A DNA stretch of 64,000 bases from Candidatus Kaiserbacteria bacterium CG10_big_fil_rev_8_21_14_0_10_45_20 (GCA_002773335.1 PFBH01000014.1:8023-72022), one strand, 5' to 3'; positions 1-10,704 are shown, counted from the stretch's first letter. The notes: generated from the sequence alone by a model not told the origin. Made by a program: numbers and translations.

Positions 1-1203
1 GTTCAGAGACTTTTTCGGTTTCTTCTGTAGCTGGAACCTCTTCAATAGGAGCTACCGATACGGTGTTTCCGTCAGTTTCTGCCAACTCTTCACCTTGCGT
101 TGAGTGAATATCAATTGACCACCCCGTTAATTTTGCGGCGAGACGAACGTTCTGCCCCCCTCTTCCGATGGCGAGAGACTGCTGGTCGTCGGTAACTTCA
201 ACAATCGCACGACGTTCATCTTCTTCAAGTGTGACTGAAAGAATTTCTGCGGGAGAGAGTGCATCTTCTACAAACTCTGCCGGTGACTCAGACCACTCAA
301 TAATATCAATGCGCTCACCGCCAAGCTCTGACGTTACGGTAGAAACACGCACTCCCCGCTGACCAACAAGAGCGCCTACGGGATCAATACGGTCATCAAC
401 CGATTGCACGGCGATCTTTGACCGGCTACCCGGTTCACGAACGACACCTTTTATAACAATCGTTTCTGCTCCGAGTTCAGGCACCTCCATTTCAAACAAC
501 TTTTCCAAAAACTTAGGGTGCGCACGAGACAATCGAAGAAATACGCCACGTTGCCCTTCTTCTACCGAGAAGAGGTATGCACGAATACGCTCTCCGGGGC
601 GGAATCGCTCTCCGGGAATCTGCTCTTGGTACGGCATAATGCCTGTTGCACGCCCAAGGTCAACGTACAGGTTTCCTCTCTCCATTCGTTGCACCACCCC
701 TGATACGATGTCGCCCTCTTTTCCGCCAAACTCTTGAACAACAGACGCTCGTTCTGCTTCTCGTATTTTTTGCATAATGACCTGCTTCGCTGTTTGAGCG
801 GCGATACGGCCAAAGTCAGTCCTCTTTTCAAGAGGGAAGACAATTTCATCATCAACGGACACGTCTCGTTTAATACGTTTTGCATCCTCAAGAAACATAT
901 GTTGCTCTTCATTATAGAAGGGACGTTCATCGTCACTCTCTACAACAATGATTTCGCCGTTCTCGTCTGTTTCAGGAATGCGAACTGACTCAGGTGTGAC
1001 GACTACCTTTACCTGTGAAAACTCTACATTACCGCTGACCGGGTCAAACTCTGCGCGAACAATTTGTCCACGCTTTCCAAATTCTTTCTTGTATGCGGTT
1101 GCAAGAGCACCTTCTACCGCTTCGAGCATTTTTTCTTTTGGAATACCTCGCTCTTCGGCAAGTTGCTCTATCACTACATGAATACCTTTTAAATCAAATG
1201 TCA
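1..1203 (-). CDS. nusA: Transcription termination/antitermination factor NusA (3' end of the gene runs off the window)
   Basis: Reverse-strand translation from the ATG at 1203 gives MTFDLKGIHVVIEQLAEERGIP..., the typical NusA N-terminus. Downstream S1/KH-like stretches are present (GDIVSGVVQRMERGNLYVDLG, GSRSKIAVQS). The ORF has no stop before position 1, which is why it is missing from the ORF track. Confidence 0.8.
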
Positions 1204-1591
1204 TATATTGTATATTAATTCTTCTAAGAAAAATCCGATGCTTATGGCATCGGATTTTTACTATCTGTTCGATTATCTTTCTATACTATAGCGTCCTTCC
1301 TTCTACGTCAAGAGGGAGTACAAACTGATTTTTATCTTCAGGTTTCGGTAGCGGTAAGTGAGCCTGCGTAAGGTCTCTCTCACTATCTTCAGTGCGTTGA
1401 GGTGGTGTGTTAAGAGTTCTGCTAAAAAAAGAATCTGAGGATTCAATTGCCATATAATAGGAAATTATATATTTATAAATATATTCTTACAAGTTCATTA
1501 TACCCCTATTAATTTTTTCAAAAAGATTATTTTCACAGAAAACCAGCACGTTGTAGGCTGAACCGATAATTACGATGCTACTATTGAAGTA

Positions 1592-3331
1592 ATGCATGTT
1601 TCTGATGAACAATTAAAAAAATTTATTGTTGACTCTGGTCTCGTGTCTCGTAAAGACATTGAGGAGGCTCAAACGTTTAGCGAAACACATCCCGGCGGTT
1701 TAGCTGACGCGCTCGTCTCTCTTGGGTCTCTTTCAGAAGACGATATGCGTCGTATGCTTGCGCACATTTTAGGAATCCCCTTCGTTTCTCTGGAAGGAGA
1801 GAAAATAAATCCAGATATTTTGGCACTTATTCCAGAACCGGTAGCTCGACTTCACAATATCGTTGCTTATAAACAGAGCAAAGAGGGCCTTGAGGTTGCC
1901 ATGCTCGACACCAACGACCTTACGGCAATTGATTTTATAAAAAAGAAGGTAGGTGGAAAGATTTTGCCACGATTGACCGACACTTCGTCACTGAAAGACG
2001 TACTGCTCCAGTACCAAAAGTCACTCAAAGATGAATTTGGCGAGATTATTAAAGACGCGTCAAAGCAAATTAAGGTGGTAGATGACCAAGAAGAGGACGC
2101 TGACTTGAAAAAACTGGCAGAAGACGTTCCGGTTGTAAAGATTGTAGACACACTGCTCCGTCACGCCGTCATTCAAGATGCGTCTGACATTCACATTGAG
2201 CCGATGGAGAACTCTTTGTTAATTCGGTATCGCATCGATGGCATTTTGCATGACGCAATGGAGCTTCCCCGTAACGTTGCGTCGGGTATTACTGCGCGCA
2301 TTAAGGTTCTGTCGCGGTTAAAACTTGATGAGAAACGGTTACCGCAAGACGGTAGGTTTAAAATTGAAGCTGACGGAGAAAAGGTTTCGTTCCGTGTGTC
2401 GGTGCTCCCCACCTATTACGGAGAGAAAATTGTGATGCGTCTTTTGCGAGAGGGAGGTGGAGGGTTTACGCTAGAGAGTCTTGGCTTTCATGGTGCCGGT
2501 CTCGAACGTATCCATAATGCAACGCGACAAACGACAGGAATGATTTTAGTAACCGGACCAACCGGATCAGGAAAGACAACAAGCCTCTACACGGTGCTCG
2601 ATATTTTAAACACTCCAAAGGTGAACATTTCCACTATTGAAGATCCTATTGAGTACCAAATGCCACGAGTCAATCAAACGCAGGTTCGCCCTGATATTGG
2701 CTTTACGTTTGTAAATGGTCTTCGGTCTCTGGTTCGTCAAGACCCCGATATTATTATGGTTGGAGAAATTCGTGACACTGAAACCGCCTCGCTCGCCATC
2801 AATGCCGCACTTACCGGACACTTGGTGCTCTCAACACTCCACACCAACTCGGCGGCGGCAACCATACCGCGCTTTATTGATATGGGAGCAGAGCCATTTT
2901 TATTAGTGTCAACGCTCCGCGTTATTGTTGGACAGCGACTGGTACGTCGACTGTGCTCTGAAAAAGAAGAGTACACGCTTTCTGCAGAAGAAATAAAACA
3001 GCTTGAACGTCAGGTTGATATAGAAAAGGTGCTCAATGTCCTAAAAGAAGAAGATCGAATTGAGAAGAAGGCAACCATTGAAACCATTTCTTTTTACCGA
3101 CCAAAACAAACGGACGAGTGCCCCGATGGGTACACCAGTCGTGTGGGCATCCACGAAGTGCTCGCGGTCACGCCTGCAATCAGAGATTTAATTATTAAAG
3201 AGGCGACAGCAGACGAAATTGAAGCGGCGGCAAAGAAAGAAGGAATGCTCAGTATGGTTGAGGACGGTATATTTAAAGCAGCTGCAGGTGTTACCTCGAT
3301 TGAAGAAGTACTTCGCGTTATTAATGAATGA
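1592..3331 (+). CDS. pilB: Type IV pilus assembly ATPase PilB/GspE family
   Basis: N-terminal GspE_N-like region, Walker A GPTGSGKTT, a conserved tetracysteine-free C-terminal region, and the hexameric secretion-ATPase motifs (DIIMVGEIRD, HLVLSTLHTN). Confidence 0.85.
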   Translation: MHVSDEQLKKFIVDSGLVSRKDIEEAQTFSETHPGGLADALVSLGSLSEDDMRRMLAHILGIPFVSLEGEKINPDILALIPEPVARLHNIVAYKQSKEGLEVAMLDTNDLTAIDFIKKKVGGKILPRLTDTSSLKDVLLQYQKSLKDEFGEIIKDASKQIKVVDDQEEDADLKKLAEDVPVVKIVDTLLRHAVIQDASDIHIEPMENSLLIRYRIDGILHDAMELPRNVASGITARIKVLSRLKLDEKRLPQDGRFKIEADGEKVSFRVSVLPTYYGEKIVMRLLREGGGGFTLESLGFHGAGLERIHNATRQTTGMILVTGPTGSGKTTSLYTVLDILNTPKVNISTIEDPIEYQMPRVNQTQVRPDIGFTFVNGLRSLVRQDPDIIMVGEIRDTETASLAINAALTGHLVLSTLHTNSAAATIPRFIDMGAEPFLLVSTLRVIVGQRLVRRLCSEKEEYTLSAEEIKQLERQVDIEKVLNVLKEEDRIEKKATIETISFYRPKQTDECPDGYTSRVGIHEVLAVTPAIRDLIIKEATADEIEAAAKKEGMLSMVEDGIFKAAAGVTSIEEVLRVINE

Positions 3332-4557
3332 GTATGTCAAAATTTAAAGTTAAAGCAATTACGAAAGGAGAGGATTCGTACGAAGAAGTTATTGACGCTG
3401 AAGATAAATTTGCGGCGTACAGGGAAATTCGTGAGCGTGGAGATACGGTTATTTCTCTCAAAGAGACGCAAGGCAAAGGAGGGGGTGGGCTCTCCCTCTC
3501 TTCAATAGATATTTTTTTGAGCAACGTATCTGCAGACGAAAAGGTGATGCTTACACGAAACCTCGCAGCAATGCTTGAAGCGGGATTGACGGCGTCCAGA
3601 GCTCTCGAAGTTATCGAAAAACAAACTAAAAATAAAAAACTAAAGTCAGTACTGCAGTCTATTGTTTCTGATGTAAAAAAGGGGGATCCGTTGTCGTCTG
3701 CGTTTGCTCGGTTTGATACTATATTTTCTCCACTCCTTATCTCTATGGTTCGCGCGGGTGAAGAATCTGGGCAAATGGCAGAGTCTCTCCGTGTCGTGTC
3801 TTCGCAGATGGAGAGTTCGAACAACCTATCAAAGAGAATAAAGGGAGCAATGATGTACCCGTCGATTGTTCTTATTGCGATGGTGATCATCGGTATTTTG
3901 ATGTTGATGTACGTGGTCCCTACGTTAACGCAAACTTTCTCAGAGCTGGGGACGGAATTGCCAATAACAACGCAAATGATTATTGGCGCGTCAAATTTTC
4001 TTGCTTCTAATACCGTTATCGCGCTTCTGGGAATATTTTTGGTTGTTGTGGGCTTTATATATGCACTACGAACAAAGGTTGGAGCGCGTGTATCAAACTT
4101 TATCTTGCTTCGCGTGCCGGTTATCGGAGATTTAATAAAAGAAGTGAACTCTGCCCGAACAACTCGCACCATATCTTCTCTGCTTTCGGCGGGGGTAGAT
4201 ATGGTGCTCGCCATATCTATTACCAAAGATGTGGTGCAAAACTCTTTTTATCAGAAAGTACTTATTGAAGCAGAGGCGTCGGTTGTAAAGGGCGGAAGTT
4301 TGTCTGAAACATTTCGTAAATATCCAAAACTGTATCCGCCACTGGTTCCTGAAATGGCGGCAGTGGGAGAGGAGACAGGGAGGTTGTCAGAAATGCTCAA
4401 TGAGACAGCTCAGTTTTATGAATCATCGGTAGAACGACAGACAAAAGACCTCTCAACAATTATAGAGCCGATTTTGATGTTATTTATCGGTAGCGTTGTG
4501 GGATTCTTTGCGCTCTCTATGATCGCTCCGATTTACTCACTTTCAAGTGCGATCTAA
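3328..4557 (+). CDS. pilC: Type IV pilus inner-membrane platform protein PilC/GspF
   Basis: Two GspF repeats with three transmembrane segments. Translationally coupled to pilB: the ATGA overlap at 3328-3331 joins the pilB stop to the pilC start. Confidence 0.8.
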   Translation: MSMSKFKVKAITKGEDSYEEVIDAEDKFAAYREIRERGDTVISLKETQGKGGGGLSLSSIDIFLSNVSADEKVMLTRNLAAMLEAGLTASRALEVIEKQTKNKKLKSVLQSIVSDVKKGDPLSSAFARFDTIFSPLLISMVRAGEESGQMAESLRVVSSQMESSNNLSKRIKGAMMYPSIVLIAMVIIGILMLMYVVPTLTQTFSELGTELPITTQMIIGASNFLASNTVIALLGIFLVVVGFIYALRTKVGARVSNFILLRVPVIGDLIKEVNSARTTRTISSLLSAGVDMVLAISITKDVVQNSFYQKVLIEAEASVVKGGSLSETFRKYPKLYPPLVPEMAAVGEETGRLSEMLNETAQFYESSVERQTKDLSTIIEPILMLFIGSVVGFFALSMIAPIYSLSSAI

Positions 4558-6308
4558 TGGTAAAGCAAACGCATACATACAGCACGTCTCAGAGGGGAAT
4601 GACCTTGGTTGACGTCGTTGTTGGAACCGCAATTATGCTGATGGTTTTTTTGGGTTTGTTTGGCGCCTTTAAGCTCTCTATTGAGTTGGTTTTTTCTACA
4701 AAAGCGAAAACAGGGGCGGTGTTTTTAGTAGGTGAGAAGTTAGAGCACATTCGTCTCTTGGCATATGACTCGGTAGGAACCGTTGGCGGTATTCCTCAGG
4801 GGTCAATTCCACAAACTGAAGAGGTGGTGCTAAACGGCATTCCGTACACCATTCGTACACTCATTCAGTACGTAGATGATCCGGCAGACGGCTTAGGAGA
4901 GGAAGACGAAAACGGAATTGTTGCTGACTATAAACGGGTAAAGGTAGAAGCAACGTGGAGTATAAAAGAGTCTATTCGGTCGACGTCTGTACTGTCCGAT
5001 ATTGCTCCCGTAGGAGTTGAGAGTGTCTCCGGTGGAGGAACACTGAAAGTTAATGTTTTTAACGCGCAAGCAAGCGCGGTTGCGCAAGCAACTGTGCGAA
5101 TCGTCAATAACACTCTCAATCCAATTGTTGATGTCTCGGCGCAAACCAACGACAGCGGTTCAATTTCTTTCCCCGGCGCGCTTGAGGGGAGCGAGTATGA
5201 AATTACTGTTTCAAAAGCGGGGTACTCAACGGCACGTACGTATGCGACGGATGCTGGTAACCCAAATCCTTCTCCGGGGCACGTTGCGGTGATCTCGGGA
5301 CAAACATCAGCGATGAGCTTCGGCATCGATCAACTCAGCTCTCTATTAGTCTCTACGTTTGAACCGATTAGAGATAACTCGTTTTCTGACTCGTTTATCG
5401 ACACCTCAAAGATTGCCGAGTCTTCAAACACTACCGTCTCTGAAGGAGATCTGATGCTCGCATCAGACGAAGACGGTTTCATACCTTTTGGGTACGCATT
5501 CTCTAATTCTGTCGAGCCAGAGTACCTGCACGCTTGGGATGAAGTGAGGTTTTCTACCGATGCTCCGGAGGGGACTGTTGCATCAATACACCTCTACTAC
5601 TGGGATGGAGAAGCGTACTCTCTTGTTCCTGATAGTGACGTTTCCAACAACAGCACCGGTTTACTAAAAAGCCCTGTTGATATTTCATTTCTGTCGACTG
5701 AAACATACAGCGACCTTCAGCTGTATGCTGGTTTAGAAAGCGCCGACAGTTTGGTAACGGCGCGAGTGCTGGATTGGGAAATTACTTACGAAGAAGGACC
5801 TCTGCCTCTTGCAGATGTTGCTTTCGATATTCACGGAGAGAAAATTATCGGCTCTGACTCAGAGGAAGCGCCGATATATAAGTTTGATGAAAGTTTTGTT
5901 ACTGGTAGTGCAGGAGAAAGAAATATAAGTGACATTGAGTGGGACACCTACGTTATCGGGCTTCCGCCGTCTTCTCCGTATGCGTTGGTTGAGCGTTGCC
6001 CCAACACGTTAGTGGTTACGCCAAATAGCAACAGCTCTATTTCTCTTACCGTCGACACCAAAACGACACACTCTCTACGTGCGGTAGTTGCATTTGCCGG
6101 GGACCCTGTTTCGGGGGCAACAGTAACCCTTTCGGGTGCGGGCGGTGGAACACAAACAACGTCGACGTGCGGACAAGTTTATTTTTCGGGGCTCACGTCT
6201 GGAGACCGTACCATCACCATTAACAAGACGGGGTTTGAACCATACTCTGAAAATGTCACTGTATCTGGAGAGAGTAGCGTATCGGCAATTTTGATTCCTG
6301 TTGAATAA
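4557..6308 (+). CDS. Large prepilin-type (class III signal) pilin/pseudopilin with beta-sandwich (CarboxypepD_reg-like) C-terminal domains
   Basis: N-terminus ...QRGMTLVDVVVGTAIMLMVFLGLFGAF matches the prepilin peptidase motif G|xTLV[ED] followed by a hydrophobic helix. 583 aa. A C-terminal repeat reads GATVTLSG...TITINKTGFEPY. Confidence 0.6.
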   Translation: MVKQTHTYSTSQRGMTLVDVVVGTAIMLMVFLGLFGAFKLSIELVFSTKAKTGAVFLVGEKLEHIRLLAYDSVGTVGGIPQGSIPQTEEVVLNGIPYTIRTLIQYVDDPADGLGEEDENGIVADYKRVKVEATWSIKESIRSTSVLSDIAPVGVESVSGGGTLKVNVFNAQASAVAQATVRIVNNTLNPIVDVSAQTNDSGSISFPGALEGSEYEITVSKAGYSTARTYATDAGNPNPSPGHVAVISGQTSAMSFGIDQLSSLLVSTFEPIRDNSFSDSFIDTSKIAESSNTTVSEGDLMLASDEDGFIPFGYAFSNSVEPEYLHAWDEVRFSTDAPEGTVASIHLYYWDGEAYSLVPDSDVSNNSTGLLKSPVDISFLSTETYSDLQLYAGLESADSLVTARVLDWEITYEEGPLPLADVAFDIHGEKIIGSDSEEAPIYKFDESFVTGSAGERNISDIEWDTYVIGLPPSSPYALVERCPNTLVVTPNSNSSISLTVDTKTTHSLRAVVAFAGDPVSGATVTLSGAGGGTQTTSTCGQVYFSGLTSGDRTITINKTGFEPYSENVTVSGESSVSAILIPVE

Positions 6309-6919
6309 TGCATATGCGTATACACAAACAAAAAACAATTCGCGGACTGACACTCGTTGAAATGGTTATTACCATATCAATATTTTCGATCATTATGGTT
6401 GTGTTGGTGCAGTCAATAATCTTTTTTTATCGTTCAAACACATCATCATTAGAGCAGTCGTACCAGGTGAACTCGGCGCGGAAGGGGAGCGCTGTGTTGG
6501 TGAAAAATATCCGAGAGGCAACGTATGGAGACGATGGTTCGTACCCACTTTCAAACATCGGTTCAACGACCGTCGTTTTTTTTAGCGACACTGAAAACGA
6601 TGACAGTGTTGAAAAAATAACGTACTCACTTTCGGGCACCACGCTCATACGAAACGTGCTTGAGTCTTCCGGAACACCTCCTGTATATACGGGCGGAGGA
6701 GTTGATCACCTCGTCTCTACATACGTCAGAAATGAAGAAGAAGGAGTACCTCTCTTTAGATTTTACGATGTGAACGGAACAGAGATAACAGACTACGAGA
6801 ATGTGAGTGACGTTCGCTCTGTTACTATAAACTTAGTTGTAAACGTACAACCAATTAGGGCTCCACAAGAATTTACCCTTCGTTCAAGCGCAACGCTACG
6901 AAACTTAAAGAGTGAATAG
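6308..6919 (+). CDS. Type IV pilin/pseudopilin (prepilin N-terminus)
   Basis: N-terminus MHMRIHKQKTIRGLTLVEMVITISIFSIIMVVL is the canonical G|LTLVE prepilin motif followed by a hydrophobic helix. The ATGA overlap with the upstream pilin couples the two genes. Confidence 0.7.
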   Translation: MHMRIHKQKTIRGLTLVEMVITISIFSIIMVVLVQSIIFFYRSNTSSLEQSYQVNSARKGSAVLVKNIREATYGDDGSYPLSNIGSTTVVFFSDTENDDSVEKITYSLSGTTLIRNVLESSGTPPVYTGGGVDHLVSTYVRNEEEGVPLFRFYDVNGTEITDYENVSDVRSVTINLVVNVQPIRAPQEFTLRSSATLRNLKSE

Positions 6920-8378
6920 TATGCCTGTACACACAATGGTATTAAAAAAAATGAACAGTACTGCGCGCGGGTCTTTTGTACTTCTGACGTTGGTGTTTTC
7001 AGCAGTGTTTTTGACACTCATTACATCACTCTCAGGGTACATTTTTATCGAAAAACGAGCACAGCTTGCGAAGGAAAACCTAGAAAAGTCACTCCATATT
7101 GCCGAGGCGGGGCTCAATTACTATCGGTGGCGATTAGCACACTTTCCCGGAGATATCACTGATGGCACCGGAAACCCGGGGCCGTATGTGCACACGTTTT
7201 CTGACCCGGAAGAAGGGACGATCGGAAGCTTTTCTCTTGAAATTTCCGGTCAAACTTTCTGTGGTGTAACTTCGGGCATTTCAATTACATCTACCGGGTG
7301 GACAAACGCAGACCCTTCATTAAAACGTTCTGTGCGTGCAGTGTATACAAGGCCATCGGTTGCTGAATATTCACACATTGTAGATGCAAACGTTTGGGCG
7401 GGGAGCGACCGAATAATTTCCGGTCCGTACCACTCTAACGGAGGTGTGCGTATGGACGGTACTCACAACTCGACGGTTTCTTCTGGTGTTTCGTCGTGGT
7501 ACTGCAGTAGTTCGTTTGGCTGTAGCCCTCAACAAAACCAACCCGGAGTTTTTGGTTCAGGGTCAAACCCCGAGTTATGGAGCTACCCCACAACCCCCGT
7601 TGACTTTGGTGGTATTACGGTCGACCTTGCAGAGCTACGGCAGTATGCCATTGATGACGGCGTCTTTATTGAAAACTCTAACCGTTTTGGATGGAGGGTT
7701 GTTTTTAATGGTGATGGTACGTTTGATGTTCGTAAAGTGCAGTCTGCAACTAAAGTGTGGGAGTACTCTACGGAAGACGGGTGGCAACAAGAGCGACGTA
7801 TTGTAGGAAACCAACAGTCAGCGACAACGTACAGTATTCCAGCAGATTGCCCCGTGGTTTTTATTGAAGACGACATATGGGTGGAGGGTGTGGTGAGCGG
7901 AAAGGTTATTTTAGCTTCAGCTGATGTTACCAATCCGGGTGTAGACCATTCAGTGGTACTGAGTGGCAACATTACGTACGCAAACGAATCTGGAGACGGC
8001 ATCACCATTATTGGCGAAGAAAATGTTCTTATTGGTATAGATGTTCCAAACGAGATGACCATACAGGGTGTATTTATTGCGCAAAAAGGGCGGTTTGGCA
8101 GAAACCACTACTGCGATTACGATTGCTCTAGTACAAAAGGCAATCAATCCGTTCCCGGTAGTTTAGACGAATATGTGACGCGCAGTACACTCAACACAAT
8201 AGGTACGGTTGTTTCAAAAGAGAGAGTAGGCACCAAGTGGACATCGGGGGGGGCTTTTTTATCAGGGTTTAATCAAAGAAACGACTCATTCGATAAGGCT
8301 CTTGCTGACAGCCCTCCACCGTTTACCCCGTATGTGTCCGAAGACTACCTCTTCCGTTCGTGGCGTGAGGTGAATTAA
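6912..8378 (+). CDS. Putative minor pilin / pilus-associated protein (N-terminal hydrophobic anchor)
   Basis: N-terminus ...ARGSFVLLTLVFSAVFLTLITSLSGYIFIE is pilin-like (PilX-like). The gene overlaps the preceding pilin gene and lies in the pilB-pilC-pilin operon. Confidence 0.4.
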   Translation: MNSMPVHTMVLKKMNSTARGSFVLLTLVFSAVFLTLITSLSGYIFIEKRAQLAKENLEKSLHIAEAGLNYYRWRLAHFPGDITDGTGNPGPYVHTFSDPEEGTIGSFSLEISGQTFCGVTSGISITSTGWTNADPSLKRSVRAVYTRPSVAEYSHIVDANVWAGSDRIISGPYHSNGGVRMDGTHNSTVSSGVSSWYCSSSFGCSPQQNQPGVFGSGSNPELWSYPTTPVDFGGITVDLAELRQYAIDDGVFIENSNRFGWRVVFNGDGTFDVRKVQSATKVWEYSTEDGWQQERRIVGNQQSATTYSIPADCPVVFIEDDIWVEGVVSGKVILASADVTNPGVDHSVVLSGNITYANESGDGITIIGEENVLIGIDVPNEMTIQGVFIAQKGRFGRNHYCDYDCSSTKGNQSVPGSLDEYVTRSTLNTIGTVVSKERVGTKWTSGGAFLSGFNQRNDSFDKALADSPPPFTPYVSEDYLFRSWREVN

Positions 8379-8417
8379 TCTGTCCTGTAAGTGACGCACT
8401 GATGGTACTATTGTTTT

Positions 8418-9164
8418 ATGAAACCTATTATTGTAGGAAATTGGAAAACATACGTCAGTTCGCAAAAAGACGCAAAGAAACTTTTTAAGGCAATAGATAA
8501 AAATCTTCCTCGTACGGTCCGTTCAGAGGTTGTTGTCTGCCCCCCGGCTCCACTCATTCAACCGCTCCGTGCCTCGTACGTGGGAAAGAGAATTTCTTTT
8601 GGTGCGCAAGACGTCTCGTTTGAAGACGGCACTCCAACAGGTGACATTATGCCGACAGTACTAAAAGACGTGGGGGCACAGTACGTTATTATTGGACACG
8701 CGGACAAACGGCGTGACGGAGATTCAGATCTGATTGTAGGAGAAAAAATCAACGCAGCGCTCGATAAGGGGCTACGACCAATCGTCTCTTTTGGCGAACA
8801 GGTACGAGACAAAGAGGGGATATACCTTTCAGATTTAGAACAAAGTATTCGGGGGTCCCTGTTTAACCTTACTGAGAGCGCACTGAAAAAAGTAATTATC
8901 GCGTATGAACCTGTGTGGGCAATCGGAGCTACCGTGACACCGTCAGCGCGCGAAATACAAGAGACAAATATTTTTATACGAAAGACACTCGCAACAAAAT
9001 ATTCTCGCGGAGTCGCTCTGAAGGCACGCATTATATACGGCGGTTCAGTTGATGATACAAACGCAGATGAATTAATAGCTGATGCCGATATTTCCGGATT
9101 TCTATTGGGGCGAGCAAGTGTTGATGCTGAAGTGTTTACTACTATTGTAAAAGCATGGCAATAA
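8418..9164 (+). CDS. tpiA: Triosephosphate isomerase
   Basis: IVGNWK, IGHADKRR-like and YEPVWAIGA motifs of the TIM family. Confidence 0.8.
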   Translation: MKPIIVGNWKTYVSSQKDAKKLFKAIDKNLPRTVRSEVVVCPPAPLIQPLRASYVGKRISFGAQDVSFEDGTPTGDIMPTVLKDVGAQYVIIGHADKRRDGDSDLIVGEKINAALDKGLRPIVSFGEQVRDKEGIYLSDLEQSIRGSLFNLTESALKKVIIAYEPVWAIGATVTPSAREIQETNIFIRKTLATKYSRGVALKARIIYGGSVDDTNADELIADADISGFLLGRASVDAEVFTTIVKAWQ

Positions 9165-10282
9165 GAGTTTTGGATTGGTCGCAAAATTTTTCGGGAAAGA
9201 GCGTACTCGTACGAGCGTCTCTTAACGTTCCTATTGAAAACGGAAACGTTACGAACCCCTTTCGGTTTGAAAGAGCTTTACACACCATTGAGGCACTCGC
9301 TGTTCGTGGTGCGCGGGTGGTAGTTGTTGGGCATATTGGGCGGGCGAGTACCGACTCTTTGGAGGTGGTGCATAGAGAGCTGCAAAAAAGAACTACGGTA
9401 CCCATCCATTTTGTTAACGACGTTGTCGGCGCTCAGGCGCAAGAAGCTGTCGCTCGTCTATCGGGTGGCGAAGTATTACTGTTGGAAAATGTGCGACGTG
9501 ATGCACGAGAAATTGAAAATGATGATACGTTTGCTGCCCGCCTTGCGTCGTTCGGAGAGCTTTTTGTAAACGATGCGTTTGCAGACTCTCATCGCGCACA
9601 TGCATCTATTGTGGGAGTTCCTCATTATATAGAGAGCGTAGCCGGGCCTCGCTTTATGGAAGAATACAACGGTATCCTTCCGGCGCTTAATCCACCAAGT
9701 CCGTCGTTTGCCATTATGGGTGGTGCAAAATTTCTGACCAAAGTGCCACTTATAAAAACACTTTTAGAAAAGTATGACACGGTATTTATTGGTGGAGCAC
9801 TCGCAAACGATTTTTTCTCAGCCAAAGGACACGAAGTTGGAGTGTCACTTGTTTCATCGGTGTCTCACGCAGAAGCACTTCTCAAGAACAGTAAGCTTAT
9901 TACCCCTTCTGATGTAACGGTTTGGGATGGAGAAAAAAAGGATATTAAAAAACTTTCCGACATAGCCCCACGAGACGCTATTTACGATATCGGACCCCTT
10001 TCAGTGAAAGCTATTACTCCGTACATACAAAAGGCACGTTTCATTTTATGGAACGGGCCGTTGGGAAATTTTGAGAAAGGTTTTATTGACGGTACCGAGT
10101 CAGTGGCAAAGGTTATTGCGTCCGCCTCAGGGAAGTCTGTGTTGGGTGGAGGAGACACCGTTGCCTCTATTGAACATCTGCAACTCAAAGAAAAAATAAC
10201 TTTTATCTCAACAGCAGGAGGAGCAATGCTTCAATTTATTGCCGAAGGTACACTGCCGGGTATAGAGGTCCTCAGTGAATAG
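9155..10282 (+). CDS. pgk: Phosphoglycerate kinase
   Basis: VLVRASLNVP, the N-terminal substrate-binding basic patch, and a C-terminal nucleotide-binding region (GGGDT...). Confidence 0.8.
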   Translation: MAIRVLDWSQNFSGKSVLVRASLNVPIENGNVTNPFRFERALHTIEALAVRGARVVVVGHIGRASTDSLEVVHRELQKRTTVPIHFVNDVVGAQAQEAVARLSGGEVLLLENVRRDAREIENDDTFAARLASFGELFVNDAFADSHRAHASIVGVPHYIESVAGPRFMEEYNGILPALNPPSPSFAIMGGAKFLTKVPLIKTLLEKYDTVFIGGALANDFFSAKGHEVGVSLVSSVSHAEALLKNSKLITPSDVTVWDGEKKDIKKLSDIAPRDAIYDIGPLSVKAITPYIQKARFILWNGPLGNFEKGFIDGTESVAKVIASASGKSVLGGGDTVASIEHLQLKEKITFISTAGGAMLQFIAEGTLPGIEVLSE

Positions 10283-10679
10283 CAGCTTTTATTTTTTGCG
10301 CAAGCTCTGTTGCACGACCTTTTTCGTAGGATCCTTGTGGCCACAGTACCAGAGCATCGTCTCCAAAACGAGGAATTAAGTGTATGTGAAAGTGAAAAAC
10401 AGTTTGCCCTGCCTCCGGTTCACTGTTGCACTGTACATTCACACCCTTTGCACCCAGAGACGTTTGTAGGGAGCGTGCAATTTTTTGTGCCACCAGAAAG
10501 AGATGCTGGAGAGTTGCTTCGTCTGTATCAAAAAAATTACGAGACCATTTTTTTGGTATGACGAGTGTGTGACCTTCTGTTACTGGCGCAATATCTAAAA
10601 ACGCTAATGCGATGTCGTCTTCGTACACAATGTCTGCAGAAACTTCTCGCGAAATAATTTTTGAGAAAATAGTATCCAT
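10272..10679 (-). CDS. HIT-family (histidine triad) nucleotide hydrolase
   Basis: The triad motif HFHIHLIP is present. The likely start is the internal Met (MDTIFSKIISREV...) at 10677-10679. The longer ORF in the track (to 10844) adds an implausible N-terminal extension. Confidence 0.7.
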   Translation of the reverse strand: MDTIFSKIISREVSADIVYEDDIALAFLDIAPVTEGHTLVIPKKWSRNFFDTDEATLQHLFLVAQKIARSLQTSLGAKGVNVQCNSEPEAGQTVFHFHIHLIPRFGDDALVLWPQGSYEKGRATELAQKIKAAIH

Positions 10680-10704
10680 ACGTAAATATGATAGCATTTG
10701 GTAG

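Noticed and set aside
562-1181. Plus-strand ORFs (168-362, 518-703, 734-988, 948-1181) and the minus-strand ORF 562-936 in the first kilobase
   Set aside because: All are alternative frames of, or antisense to, the NusA coding sequence, which has strong family motifs.
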